Notes under the pieces: generated by a model
The model's input: the letters and a program-made list of their open reading frames with translations, nothing else
What the model was told of the DNA's origin: nothing
Databases searched by the model: none
Shown here: positions 25,031-36,840 of the stretch, in pieces
Layout of the letters: each line of letters opens with the position of its first letter
Position numbering within the stretch: position 1 is the stretch's first letter
From: Girardia tigrina
Taxonomy: Eukaryota
Length of the DNA stretch: 50,757 nucleotides
Assembly (NCBI GenBank): GCA_001938485.1
Contig: MQRK01176686.1
Span: 1-50,757, forward strand
Direction of reading: 5' to 3'
Translations under genes and position numbers: made by a program

Positions 25031-26482
25031 CAGTGCGTTCAGAAAGTCACTGTGCACTTTTCATTGTCTGGTTTATTTTTAGATAATCAGCGTTGTATCA
25101 GACTTTTTAAATGCAAATTTCTATGAAATCGAACTATGAAATAGATTCGTGAACAAAAAACATACCTACACACTTTGACCTTGACACTGANNNNNNNNNN
25201 NNNNNNNNNNNNNNNNNNNNNNNNNNNNNNNNNNNNNNNNNNNNNNNNNNNNNNNNNNNNNNNNNNNNNNNNNNNNNNNNNNNNNNNNNNNNNNNNNNNN
25301 NNNNNNNNNNNNNNNNNNNNNNNNNNNNNNNNNNNNNNNNNNNNNNNNNNNNNNNNAGAAGCAGTGAAGGAAAAATTTGCCGAAAAGTTTCCCGCAACAG
25401 CAATACCTCATCGAAATGCAGTTCGAGCGTTAGTGAACAAGTTCAGAGAAACTGGATCCGTTCATGATGCCTCCGCTCAGGTCGACCAACGATTTTAACG
25501 GAGCAAAAAGTCAATGTAATTTCGAAAGCCATGAGCCAGAGTCCAACAAAGTCAATGCGCCGTTTATCTAAGGAAGTGAGTGTATCCGTTGGAACTGCAC
25601 ATGCCGCCGTGAGGAAAACTTTAAGCTTATATCCATATCGTATTACTTCTCAACATGAGTTGAAAGACACAGACTTTGAAAAGCGACTCCAGTTTTGTCA
25701 TTGGTTCAAGGAAAATCTGAATGAGGATGACATGCTTGATAAGACTTTTTTTCCGATGAAGCGTGGTTTCATTTGTCTGGATATGTGAGTAGCCAAAATT
25801 CTCGAGTTTGGTCCAGTGAAAATCCGCATGAATTTGTTGAGAAGCCTCTGCATTCCTTGAAAGTTGGAGTATGGTGTGCCATGTCCAGGAGGCGTGTAAT
25901 TGGTCCCATCTTTTTTACTGAAACCATAACATCAGAAAGATACTGCAAGGAAATCCTTTCTGCTTTCATCGACCAGTTAACTAAAGAAGAACGATCGACT
26001 GGCTATTTTCAGCAGGATGGTGCAATAGCACATACCGCAAACATTTCGTTTCGTTTTTTGAATGAGATCTTCCCGAAGAGAATCATTTCCAAAGGAATTT
26101 GGCCGCCAAGATCCCCAGATCTAAGTGTTTGGGACTTTGACCTGTGGGGAGCGATAAAGCAAAAGGTTTACCGAAACAAACCACAAACTTTGCAAGACCT
26201 ACGTGATAACATCCTACACCAAATTGAAGCCATCACCCAAGAGGAATTTCATCGAGTGTTCGAAAACTTGAAACGTCGAATTAACGTTTGTATTCACGAA
26301 CTTGGAGGGCATTTCCAGCAGTTGTTGTGACTCTTTTCTTGTTATTTTTAATTAATTAAGAGACGGTCATTGTTCTGCACATAAAATTGACTAGTCAAAA
26401 TATTTTGTTATTGATTTTTAGAACACAGGATATCGTTCTTGTTTTGAAATTGCAGGTGCACAGTTACTTTTTGAACGCACTG
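25031..26482 (+). mobile_element. Full-length Tc1/mariner element of rosa/DUF4817 type (frameshifted)
   Basis: 27-bp TIRs CAGTGCGTTCA(G/A)AAAGT(C/A)ACTGTGCAC with TA TSD; DEAWFHLSGYV..QN.RVW, FQQDGA, WPPRSPDLSVWDF, GGHFQQLL. Confidence 0.93.
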
Positions 26483-27180
26483 TATATTTGTGAGAGATAA
26501 ATAAAAAAGAACATGAGCTTAGTGATTTATCATGTTGTAGAATTGGGAAGTCATATGTGATATTACGAGATATTTGAATGAATTGAACTTTAAAGTACGT
26601 GGGTAAAAATAAACTGATCTAGGACGTACATCAAGAACTCAAGGGTTTTCAAATGACAATGCATAGATTTATCCAGCAAAGTGAAAGAAAACAGTTTGTG
26701 TACTTAACTGGTTGAGGAAAAATGGAAATGGAACTGGGTAATGATTCTTCTAAAGAAAACCCTGGTTGACTGACTAATGTTTTACTGATTCTCACAACTT
26801 TTATGAAGACAATCGATGTTTTGAAAATAAATTTTTGGTAGATCCATCAACAGCGCTGTTACACTACAACTCTTACTTGAATTGCAGCACCACACTTCAT
26901 TTCAAGACAATTTTTTATCAAAATTTGGCAGACTTTTATGCGCAATTGTCATCTGAAGACTTTCCAAATATCAAGAAGGATGTTAGTTTTTGCAAGTTCT
27001 TACATCGATGAATAAACATTTTCTGTATCAAAGCGTGTAAACCCCGACTGAGAAATAGAATAACCGTTTTCTAATTAATTTTTACATTGATGTTGAAAAG
27101 CATCAAATATAGATCTCTAGTAATAGATTGATCTAAAATTGAATATGTATCGCGATAAAAAGCATCTGCATATAACATAT

Positions 27181-27230
27181 ACCACCTTAAGCGATTGATC
27201 ACTCGGCTCACACGTCGATGAAGAACGCAT
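27181..27230 (+). pseudogene. 5.8S rRNA 5' fragment
   Basis: CTTAAGCGATTGATCACTCGGCTCACACGTCGATGAAGAACGCA matches the conserved eukaryotic 5.8S 5' region (GGATCACTCGGCTC..GTCGATGAAGAACGCA); only ~50 nt present. Confidence 0.85.
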
Positions 27231-28704
27231 CATATAACAAATTACTGCATTCTATGTTTCCAATTAATATCTTGAGTTTCGAACTAGATATTCACCACTT
27301 GATTTGTGGTAAAATGCAAACTTCACAGCAATAAACTTATTTTTAAAAAATGTTGACAAAGGGTTAATGTCAAATAAACTAGTTTTTCCTTTTTGTGTTA
27401 TAGTTATTCATTAACAATTAATATTACCCTCAAGTAAATAACAGCATAAATCACATTACTTAGTATATTATGCTCCGGCGTTCGACAATCATCTTAAATA
27501 TTTATGCAACCACTGCCCAACAAATGTTTGGCATGACTGCTTTAACAAATGTTATTATTTTATTTTATTTATATTTATGTTTATCACGATTTCATTCAAT
27601 TAGTAATAATTTTAAAACATGGCCACAAAATTAAACGAATATAATGTTAACATTTTACATACATATTATTCTACCACAAACATAATTCTTAGGGGGAATT
27701 AGGTCCATACTGATACAATGACTGACCAGCGGGATCATACGTATTTATCATTTTTCAAGACATTTTGAGTATCTTCTTTAGATTTTTTACCTCTAAATCT
27801 GCATAACTTTTATTTAAAATTTTTTTAATTATTTATTTGTGATTAAAAGATGTGTTCCATAACTTTCTATCAGTAGACAATTTTCCAAGTTCTCTTGATG
27901 TCTGTATCGACCCTGAATATGTGCATCTTTATAAACTTTAGATAACCTTAGCGTTTAAGAAAGCTTGATTTAATGATTCGGGGATCAAGATGATCGAGAG
28001 GACGTACACAAACATTTGATTTTCGGACAAATAAAATTACTAAAATCAATCAATCTTAACCATCTTTTTAAACATTATCATTTTTAAAACTTTATAGGCA
28101 GAAAATTTTTTAATATTTTAATTTTTAGACACGTAACATCCCTATTCATGAAAACAATAAATGAAAAAACTTTTGTCCAAAAATTGATAATGAATAATTC
28201 CCAAGATATTTATATTAACTAAGAATAATATTTATTAAACAATGAAAACTTTCAAAGTTTAAATTTTTGTGAAACTCTCAATTCATTTCAATTTTTTTAC
28301 TATTTGTAATAAATATTATTGACCAAAATTTATGGTAAGTGAATAATACTTATCACCGTGTTATTTAATTAAATAACCTAATAAATCAAAAAATAAATTT
28401 TTATACCCATTCTTTATGCAGACAGAACTCTACTTTGCCAACAAAGTTTTAATTAAAAATAAAATATTTTCAAAAAAAATACAATAAAAAAATTAATATA
28501 AATTACTTATAATTTATAAGTAGATCTTTTTCAATTAATATTGTTCTGGAACTCCGAATTTTCCGTTTTTTCCAATTTTGGGACCTTAAAAAGTTTTTTT
28601 TGATCAAATTTTCTCATAATTATTTATTGTCATCGAACATGAGTAAGTGTACAAAGTTTGAAGAAAATTGATTAAGTAAAAAGCCTTCAAAAATAGATTT
28701 CTGA

Positions 28705-28717
28705 ATATATTTATATA

Positions 28718-28754
<37 letters not shown>

Positions 28755-28804
28755 NNNNNNNNNNNNNNNNNNNNNNNNNNNNNNNNNNNNNNNNNNNNNN
28801 NNNN

Positions 28805-28835
<31 letters not shown>
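28705..28835. repeat. (TA)n microsatellite spanning a gap; other (TA)n runs at ~37995-38035 and ~43517-43555
   Basis: Direct observation. Confidence 0.95.
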
Positions 28836-28837
<2 letters not shown>

Positions 28838-29217
28838 CTAGAATTGATAATGGCATTTTTAATAATAATACAAACAAAGGTCATTTTTGAATATTAAATT
28901 TATTGACAATACATATGCTTTTCACTATTTCGGCATCTTCAGTGCAATGAAATAAAGTGATTAATTACTATTTATATAGTTGAAAACTATTACATCATAC
29001 GTCTCAAAAACATGCTTCTTTTCTTATTTTTAAAAAAAAGTATTTTAATGATATTTAAAAAACTTTAATATGATTAGATAAATCACCTTGCACGCTTAAG
29101 CATATATGTACTTAGAAAGAAAGCTAATATAAAGAATTGAAAAATTATTAATGATATCTTATCTCAGTCTTATGAAAAATAACTCTACCAAATTATTTGA
29201 TAGTTTCACAATTTATT

Positions 29218-29645
29218 ATGTTGGTGCATAAGTTCGTGCGATTTTATTTATTGTCAAAGAAAAAACACCAACATCTTGTTTTAACTGATTTGAATTATAT
29301 TCATTCAAGTAAAATATCTATTTAAATCATTTTTGACTTTAACTTTCATTACCCTCATTAAAATGGAATGTCAGGTAAATAAAAATGAACATTTCCGGCA
29401 TCTAGTCAATTTGTTATTTTAATCAACATATAAACACTATAATGATTTGTTGTGTATATGTAGAAAAGACAATCAGTGAACAAACAGCATAAAAGTGGTT
29501 TTCGTAATTTAATAGTGGAAATTTTTATTTAAACGATACATATCGGTCAGGCCGACTTAGTGACTTTGATGAAGACTGTTTGAACCAATTGATTCATATT
29601 GATCCGCGTCAATCAATAAGAGCAATTAGATAAGCTATGGTTTGC
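29218..29645 (+). mobile_element. Mariner 5' fragment
   Basis: TIR-like TGTTGGTGCATAAGTTC; MECQVNKNEHFRHL, KWF..F.SGNF.L.D..RSGR, DPRQS; truncated. Confidence 0.75.
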
Positions 29646-30380
29646 AAAGGTCGGCTGTAATTGTGTCGTGACGTGGCTAACATTCCGTTACTTGAAGGCC
29701 AGTAGCAAATCTGAATGTGAAGGCTGTAAGGAGTAGTGACTCTGTGTCGACGGTGAAATAGCATCACAATGAATCACGATGAACCAATCTTGGTTCATAA
29801 AGATTTCGGTTAGCTGTCGGAGCAGTACAATACCAATCCCTGCATAGGGGGAGCGGTATAGAAACGCCATCAGCGTCCCAGGTCTTCTTAAAAATCCTAT
29901 AGGCTTAATACCTTAAAGAAGGAGTGAGGTTCACTTATGTAGTGTTAATTTTGAAAAATAAACAAACATTGAAATGTAGACAATACTATTGAGGGATTCT
30001 TGTGTTTGTACATTTTAATTATAAACAAAAACAAATAATATAAAAATTTTTAATAATACAAATAAATACTTAAAACAAAATGAAAATCAAAGTAATAAAG
30101 AATTTTTAATATTAAAAAACTAATTAAAAAAGGTAAATATTGTTGGGGTTTCGAGAGATGCATGTGAACACTTTTGATAAAATTTTATACTGAAAAAAAT
30201 TTAAAATAATTCTTTTGGTAAAATTAATTTTTTGTTTGATTGATTGTTGCAGGATAAACATATATATGTTATATTATTTATAGTTTTTGCTAACTTTTAT
30301 TGAGTTGGGTCTTTTTTGTGTGTTATTTTTTCTTGTGACAGTTCAGGTCTTAGACCGGTTGTAAGCAGCAATTTAGGTCA

Positions 30381-30723
30381 CTAGAAAAAGACCCATCATA
30401 TATGATGGGTGAGCTGAATTTTCGTCTTTGAAAGTTTCTGTTTTAATTTTAAACCGTATTTTTTATACTTTATTATTTATTGTTTCAAATTCGGAGTTGA
30501 TTTAACAGTCGGTTGATTTCGTCGGCTTCTCGGTATCTTTCGGTGAAAGCACTGCACCGACGGAACCGTCTCGATGAGAGGTATTCAGATTTATCACGTC
30601 CTTACGTGGAGTCGCTCCAGTACCTCTGCCATTTTTCATTTTGATCATAGCTTGACCGACATACCAACAAACAAACTAACATTTTAGACAAATATTAATA
30701 TTTAAATATTTAATTTATTATTA
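30381..30723 (-). mobile_element. Non-autonomous Helitron family A copy; its 5' end appears interrupted by the mariner and may resume to ~32020
   Basis: CTAG at 30381-30384 next to the palindrome CCCATCATATATGATGGG; body similar to 23682-24062. Confidence 0.75.
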
Positions 30724-30725
30724 TA

Positions 30726-31993
30726 TTAGATTGGGAAAAAGAAATTCATTATTTTGGCGAGAAATTCAAAACTTTATTTAACATGTTTCGGATTGTCCTC
30801 TTGGAATCAAATATGTACCGTTTTTTGTATACTTAGTTGCCATTTTGAAGGTAGCTTCATAATGCCTCTCTCGTAGAAGTCTTGGTCCTTATTGTCGAAA
30901 AACTGTAGTAATCGATTTTCACAATCATCTATTGATCCAAATTTCTTATCACTCAGAAAATTTTGCAATGCGAGAAAAAAAAAGTGGTAATCGCTTGGTG
31001 TCAGGTCCGGACTATATGGTGGATGTATTAAAACTTCCCAACCAAGCTTCCTGAGTTTCTGGTGAGTCACTACAGACGTATGTGATCTGGCATTGTCTTT
31101 ATGGAACACAAAACCTCTTCTGTTGGCCAATTCTGGTTGTTTCTCATCAATTTCAATCTTCAAGCGGTCCAGTTGTTAACAGTACAGATCGGAATTTAGT
31201 GTTTGGCCATACGGAAGCAACTCATAATAAATGATTCCTTTCCAGTCCCACCAAATACACAGTAGAACCTTCCTGACCGTTAGTCCTGGTTTGGCGACCA
31301 TTTGAGGCGCTTCATCGTGCTGTGACCACGATCGTTTTCGTACAATATTGTCGTATGTGACCCATTTTTCATCCCCAGTAACTATCCGTTTCAGAAATGG
31401 GTCGATTTCAATTCATTTGGCCAAGGCTTCACAGATGGAAATTCGATCCATCATGTTTTTGGTGTTAATTGGTGTGGAACCCAAACATCAAGTTTCTTTT
31501 TGAATCCTGCTTTGCCCAAATGGTTTAAAACCGTTTTGTGGTTGATCTTCAGCTCCTGTGCGATGCTACGACTACTAACATGCCAGTTAACTTCGATCAT
31601 TGCCGAGATTTTATCGACATTTTCAACGATAGGCCTACCTGTGCGAGGTACATTTTAACATCAAAAATGCCTCCACGGAATCGACGAAACCAAAATTGCG
31701 TGTATTAGCTGTTACAGTATTGGCACCATAAACACCATTCACAATAACAACCGTCTGGCTTGTATTCTCGCCTTTATCGAATAAAAACTGTAAAATGTAC
31801 CGAATTTTTTCTTTGTTGACTTCCATTTTTAACACCCTGTAACTCAGAACTGAATAAAAAAAGCAAAAAATTTTTTGTGAAATTACGGTGAAATGTTACC
31901 TTGACAAAGAGCATAAATTTTAAATTGTTTGGTCGATAAATAATGAATTATAATAATGGATTAAAATAATGGATTACTTTTTCCCCAACCTAA
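30726..31993 (-). mobile_element. Full-length mariner (mellifera-like), transposase with frameshifts and stops
   Basis: ~30-bp imperfect TIRs with TA flanks; MEVNKEKIRYILQF, WVPHQLT, VTGDEKWVTYDN, WWDWKGIIYYELL, FHKDNARSH, HPPYSPDLTPSDYH. Confidence 0.95.
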
Positions 31994-34556
31994 TATATTA
32001 TTAATAATTATTTACAGATTCCTTTTTATTTAAAAATAATTTTGAATTTGTTTTATTAATTATTTTAATTTAAATAATTATTATTTAATTAATTTATTAT
32101 TAATTATTAATAAGTATTTATTCATTCATTTTTATTCATTAATATTTATTAATTTGTTTTTAATAATTATTTTAATTTTTACTTGTAATTAATTATTAAA
32201 TTGATTTTTTAATTTATTAAATTTTAATTTTTTAATTTAATTTTTTTAATTTTTTGTATGTAATAATTCTATTATTATTATCTACCTAGAATTGTAAGTA
32301 GTTGAATTATTATAATTATTAATATATTTATTAATTTTGTAGATATTAATATATATTTTACCACGTTTTTCTTAGCTTGGTTTCTTGTATGTCTGTCTGG
32401 AACAAATCTTGCGATTGATTTTTCGACCACTTTCAGTCATCCAATTGAGCTGAATTTTTTTATACAGGCTTGCTTCTGATGACAATACAATATTTTAAAA
32501 CATTTACTTTACGGATGTACGGAAAAAAATAATAAATTGAACAAATATTGTGAAAATCAAGTGATAATTAAGTGTAAAAGTATTAAAATTAGGTTTAAAA
32601 GTTATTTTGAAATAAAACTTGCTTTTATTAAAATAAAACTTTGTTATTTTGGTTTTATTTTCATTTCTGTTATTCGAAATCAATCGAAAGATTTGAATTC
32701 CTAAATGATAACTAAAAATANNNNNNNNNNNNNNNNNNNNNNNNNNNNNNNNNNNNNNNNNNNNNNNNNNNNNNNNNNNNNNNNNNNNNNNNNNNNNNNN
32801 NNNNNNNNNNNNNNNNGGTATAAAATTTCTCACATGTCTAGAAAAAAATTATTTTCCTCTTTTTAGTGCATTGGTAATGCTTGAAAAACGTGGTTGTTTT
32901 TATAAAAAAAAATTTTTATTAATAATATTATTTTTATTTAATTATCTACTTACAATTTTAAGTAGATTTTCAAGAGTCAGACAGAAACAAACAAACCTTA
33001 GGTAAATATATAAGTTATTATTATTAGTGGAATAAAAGCAAATCATATTGTGTATAATTCTCTGTTAACTGAAAAAAAGAAGCTTTGTAATTCTGTGATG
33101 TCCCATGATCTTATTATTATTTATGATTATATTTTGATTTAATTTAATGAGATTAAATTATGATCAATGTTTGTGTGAACAAGTTTTTGTATCAGGAAAA
33201 ATATATTAGTTTCATCACAAGTTATTGTATTCAAAAAAATTGTTAGTGCTTTTAAAAAATTAAATAATATTTTTTTTATTATTTGTTTAAATGCAAAAAA
33301 GTAGTGTTATTTTGAGTAGTAAGTTGATTTTTGTTATTTAAACGAAATAAAAAGTTTTGATTAGGGCTTGTAACTTTTCGAAATAATATTGCGTTTGGAA
33401 CTTGATAAATACCAACATGGGGTTTGCGATTCCCTGTCTCTAGAAAGCCGGGTTCCATGTGGGTATTGCAGGCTACGGTCGTCTCGGAGAATCGGATCAC
33501 GTGGGAAAACAAATGAGTCAAGACATATTGTTTTCCACAGTTCCCCGAGGCAGGAGCTGCACTGGTTACGCTGCAACTTAAAGATCTTTGTGGTGTTTAC
33601 ATTCATCCCAAGAGTCATGTTCAATTTATTTACGTTTTTACCTTTGTTAATCATCAGCTTAATCTCGGATCTTCATGATTCGTCTCATAGGTTTATGTAT
33701 TTGTTATTTTGTTGTTGATTAGATGTACTTTGGTTTTTTATTGATGAAAAGTAATCCTTCCTTTCCTTCCTTATAATCATAACAGAATTTTTTTAATTTT
33801 TATTTTTTAAATGTGCAATTTCATATGAAAAAAATTAATATGAAAATATGTATATATATGTATATATATATAATCCAATAAACTCAACAACTTTAGTTTT
33901 ACAAATGACATGATCACCCGGAACTTTAGTCCAGTGATGGAAATTATGTAAATTATTGACTTACAATATTATTAATAAAACAATTATGTGGGTCACAGAC
34001 AAATTTGTAGAGTCTCCTTTGTTTTATGTTCTGTGTCTCGGTAGATATGAAAAAAACAGAGACTTTTGCATCTGACAGACAGAACGTTTTGTGGTCATGG
34101 TCCAGACTTTTAGTCGCATGTTTCCAACGACTCAAACCATTCCTGACTCTGGTTTTATACTTTATCGATATCAATTTATATTTTATATATTATATACATA
34201 TATTATTTTTACAGTTAAAATTTTAATCTCCTTAATATAGCACATTTACATACAGAAACTAAGTGGTAATATATAAATTCAGGTTCACAATATTTATTCC
34301 GAACCTCAATTGATGTTTAGGGTGTTTTTATTGTTTTCCTCGTCTACTTGAAGAGAAACTTTATTTTTTCTCGTGCTAAAACAACAAAACATTTTGTCAT
34401 TGGTACTTTATTTATAGATAAAAGTACAAGGGTTACATTAGCATATCATCAATCATCAATGGAAATAAAAGATTAAACACCAATGGTAAACAAGGTAAAC
34501 CATTAATAATAAAACAGGGCGTCGTTATATTTGGATATTTTATCCGTTAAATAATT

Positions 34557-35528
34557 ATGTTTATTTGTTTATATTATATTTTTGCCACATTTATTTTATG
34601 CATGAACGGACTTGGCGATTCCGGTCAAGGTACCGCCCAAAGAAATTTTTTCCGATCTGTTTTATCGGTTAATAAATTTGTGGATTACCGGCGTAAATAT
34701 TCGGGAGGAATACCAAAAATAATACATTATGTGTACCGAACGGCCTACATTCCTAACCAGTATTCGCCTCACATTAGGCATTGTATGGACCTTAATCGCG
34801 ACTCTCAGTTTATATTATGGACAGACTTTTCAGCATATCAGTTTATAATACATCATTTCCCGGATTCTCTTGGCTTATACAGCAGTTATTTCGAGAGGTC
34901 GGCGGATCTTCTGAAAGTTTCCGATGTGATTCGATATTTTATTTTATATAAATTCGGAGGTATTTATATGGACCTAGACACGAAATGTCAGAAATCATTT
35001 CATCAACATCTAATGAATTTATCTTGTATTCTTAGTAAAGAAGTTGAAGAACAATCGAGAATTTTATGGGACGTAAAGTATCTTGCAATGAATAGTTTTA
35101 TGGCGTGTATACCCAATCATGAGTTTTTCAAATATCTCATTAACAAAATTGGAAAGATTGACTCAGGATGGATAGTAGCGACTACAGGTCCATTGTTCCT
35201 GACTAAATTGTTTGACTTGTACAATACTTCTTTACAAAACATTACATATACTCCCCAGAAATCCGTATATGTAGTAGATTCCTATATATTCTCTCCTTTT
35301 ACTGAAACCTTTCTCGAATCAAGATGTCAAGGATCGGTGGTTGGGAGCATGAGAATTTTAGGTTGTAAAAATCTTGCAAATCATCGTAAAATGCAACAAG
35401 AGAAAACAAAAGACGCGATTGTTGTCCATCTATTTATGCATTTGGGTTATCATTTTTTAAAACATTTGATTCAAACAAAGGAAAATGCCTTTATGTCCAT
35501 GGATAATCTGACTGTGGTTTCCACATAA
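34557..35528 (+). CDS. Glycosyltransferase family 32 (DXD sugar-binding; OCH1/SUR1-like), single exon
   Basis: Hydrophobic N-terminus, IPKIIH, SDVIRYFILYKFGGIYMDLD, NSFMAC.PNH.FF, TTGPLFLT; intact 323-aa ORF. Confidence 0.88.
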   Translation: MFICLYYIFATFILCMNGLGDSGQGTAQRNFFRSVLSVNKFVDYRRKYSGGIPKIIHYVYRTAYIPNQYSPHIRHCMDLNRDSQFILWTDFSAYQFIIHHFPDSLGLYSSYFERSADLLKVSDVIRYFILYKFGGIYMDLDTKCQKSFHQHLMNLSCILSKEVEEQSRILWDVKYLAMNSFMACIPNHEFFKYLINKIGKIDSGWIVATTGPLFLTKLFDLYNTSLQNITYTPQKSVYVVDSYIFSPFTETFLESRCQGSVVGSMRILGCKNLANHRKMQQEKTKDAIVVHLFMHLGYHFLKHLIQTKENAFMSMDNLTVVST

Positions 35529-36201
35529 ACATTTGATTTATATTTCCTTTTCTAGATATTATTTTTGTGTTGTTTTTCATGTTTTGATTTATTTGCTTTG
35601 TTTTAATTGACACTTACGTTTTAATTAAAAGAATGTTTTTTTGTCTCTGGTTTTTTTGTTTCAATGTTTGGATCGTCTGGCACCTTTTTTTAAGTTTACT
35701 TGTGTTTTTTTTTAATTTTTTTGTTCTACATTATTCGTGTTTCTATGTACAGTTATGTAATTATTGTTATTACCTTTTATTATCAATGATAGATGCATAT
35801 TTTTGTAAAGTTGTAACTGGTCGATTAATGAACGAAAATTTCACTATTGGATAAAAAAGGATTTAAATAATTAAATAAAGTTAAAAAATAAATAATTAAT
35901 TATTACAAAAAAGTAAAGAAAATATAATTAAAAAAAGAGGGTTTTTACATAAAAATAATAATATTGTTCAGTTTGAACAATTATAACGCTTTGGCCTGTT
36001 CTGATTGGCCGATTTTGGAACGTGATCGAATAGTGAATCAATGGATTTTTTGTTTCTCTGAGAATTTGTTTGAATGAAGTAATTGAATTATTGCGGCGCA
36101 ATTAATTTTCTTGTTTATTATCACAAGTCGCCATTGTAGTTTTGAAATTTTTGGAAAAAAATCATTTTCTGAAAAAAAATAATAAATCTTTTGAAAATTT
36201 T

Positions 36202-36840
36202 ATGCCTTTACCGAACGTTATTTATAGTGTTAATGGGACACCCAAATTCAAAATGTTTCTTAATGACGAATTATTCAAAACGGAACCCAACGAATTATTG
36301 AAAAAAATCAGCGAAGATAAAAAACGAAAAGAAGCAATAAAACACAAACAAAACGCAACGTAAAAAGTCGTCGTGAAACCCTTATCGGATCCTGAACTCC
36401 AAGCAATAATGACGAAACCATCAGTCGACAATCGGAACGAGGAAAAAGCGCCGAGATTTCAAAACACCGAAAAACGATCGATCGGTACGAAACGGCGGAA
36501 TTCAAACGATAAATCGATTCCAGTGAAAATCGAGAGTGGGTTTGAGGATTCGGGAAAGGATAATCGGTTGAAGAAAGTGAAGCGGTTGTCAAAAAATACA
36601 CACGATCGATAATTCGATAGGCACTCTGGATTTGATAAGACTAGTGTAAAAGCAATAGAAAAACGTGAGGGTTCCGGGTCTCATAATTGGGGCGATGTGA
36701 AAGATATCGACTATTTGGATATGGAAATTTTGAATTTAAATAAAGACGACAGTATATCGAAAAAGCCAGCGATGGAATCTGACGTTCCTCAGAATTCCGA
36801 GAAAAAATTAATTGATTTACAATTAATTTACGACTCATAA
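36202..36840 (+). pseudogene. SERBP1/HABP4 (PAI-RBP1, vig) family paralog with in-frame stops
   Basis: [27 protein letters not shown] signature; N-terminal YSV...KF.MFL.DE...P.ELLK; same-frame TAA at 36361, 36610 and 36838; CTGATTGG (reverse CCAAT) at 36001. Confidence 0.8.

Larger units (their letters stand above)
24240..27539 (+). mobile_element. hAT (Buster/Charlie, GTF2IRD2-like) transposase pseudogene with nested insertions
   Basis: FSNGEMMKKCM, LSCMTVTRRI, VTDELTNSSDTAQLLLFIFGV, LNELNFK, FASSY..E.TFS, RLRNRIT; right end GTTTGGCATGACTG. Confidence 0.8.

Noticed and set aside
27181-27230. Functional 5.8S rRNA gene
   Set aside because: Only about a third of the gene, mutated, with no 18S or 28S nearby.
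28920-28945. CTGAAGA-TGCC-GAAA on the minus strand as a hammerhead
   Set aside because: No stem II and no convincing stem I or III; at best a collapsed relic. A similar chance hit at ~42780-42800 was also rejected.
36202-36840. TAA reassignment or read-through explaining the SERBP1-like in-frame stops
   Set aside because: KIF6, GT32 and the RING gene terminate at TAA, and other long ORFs have no internal TAA.
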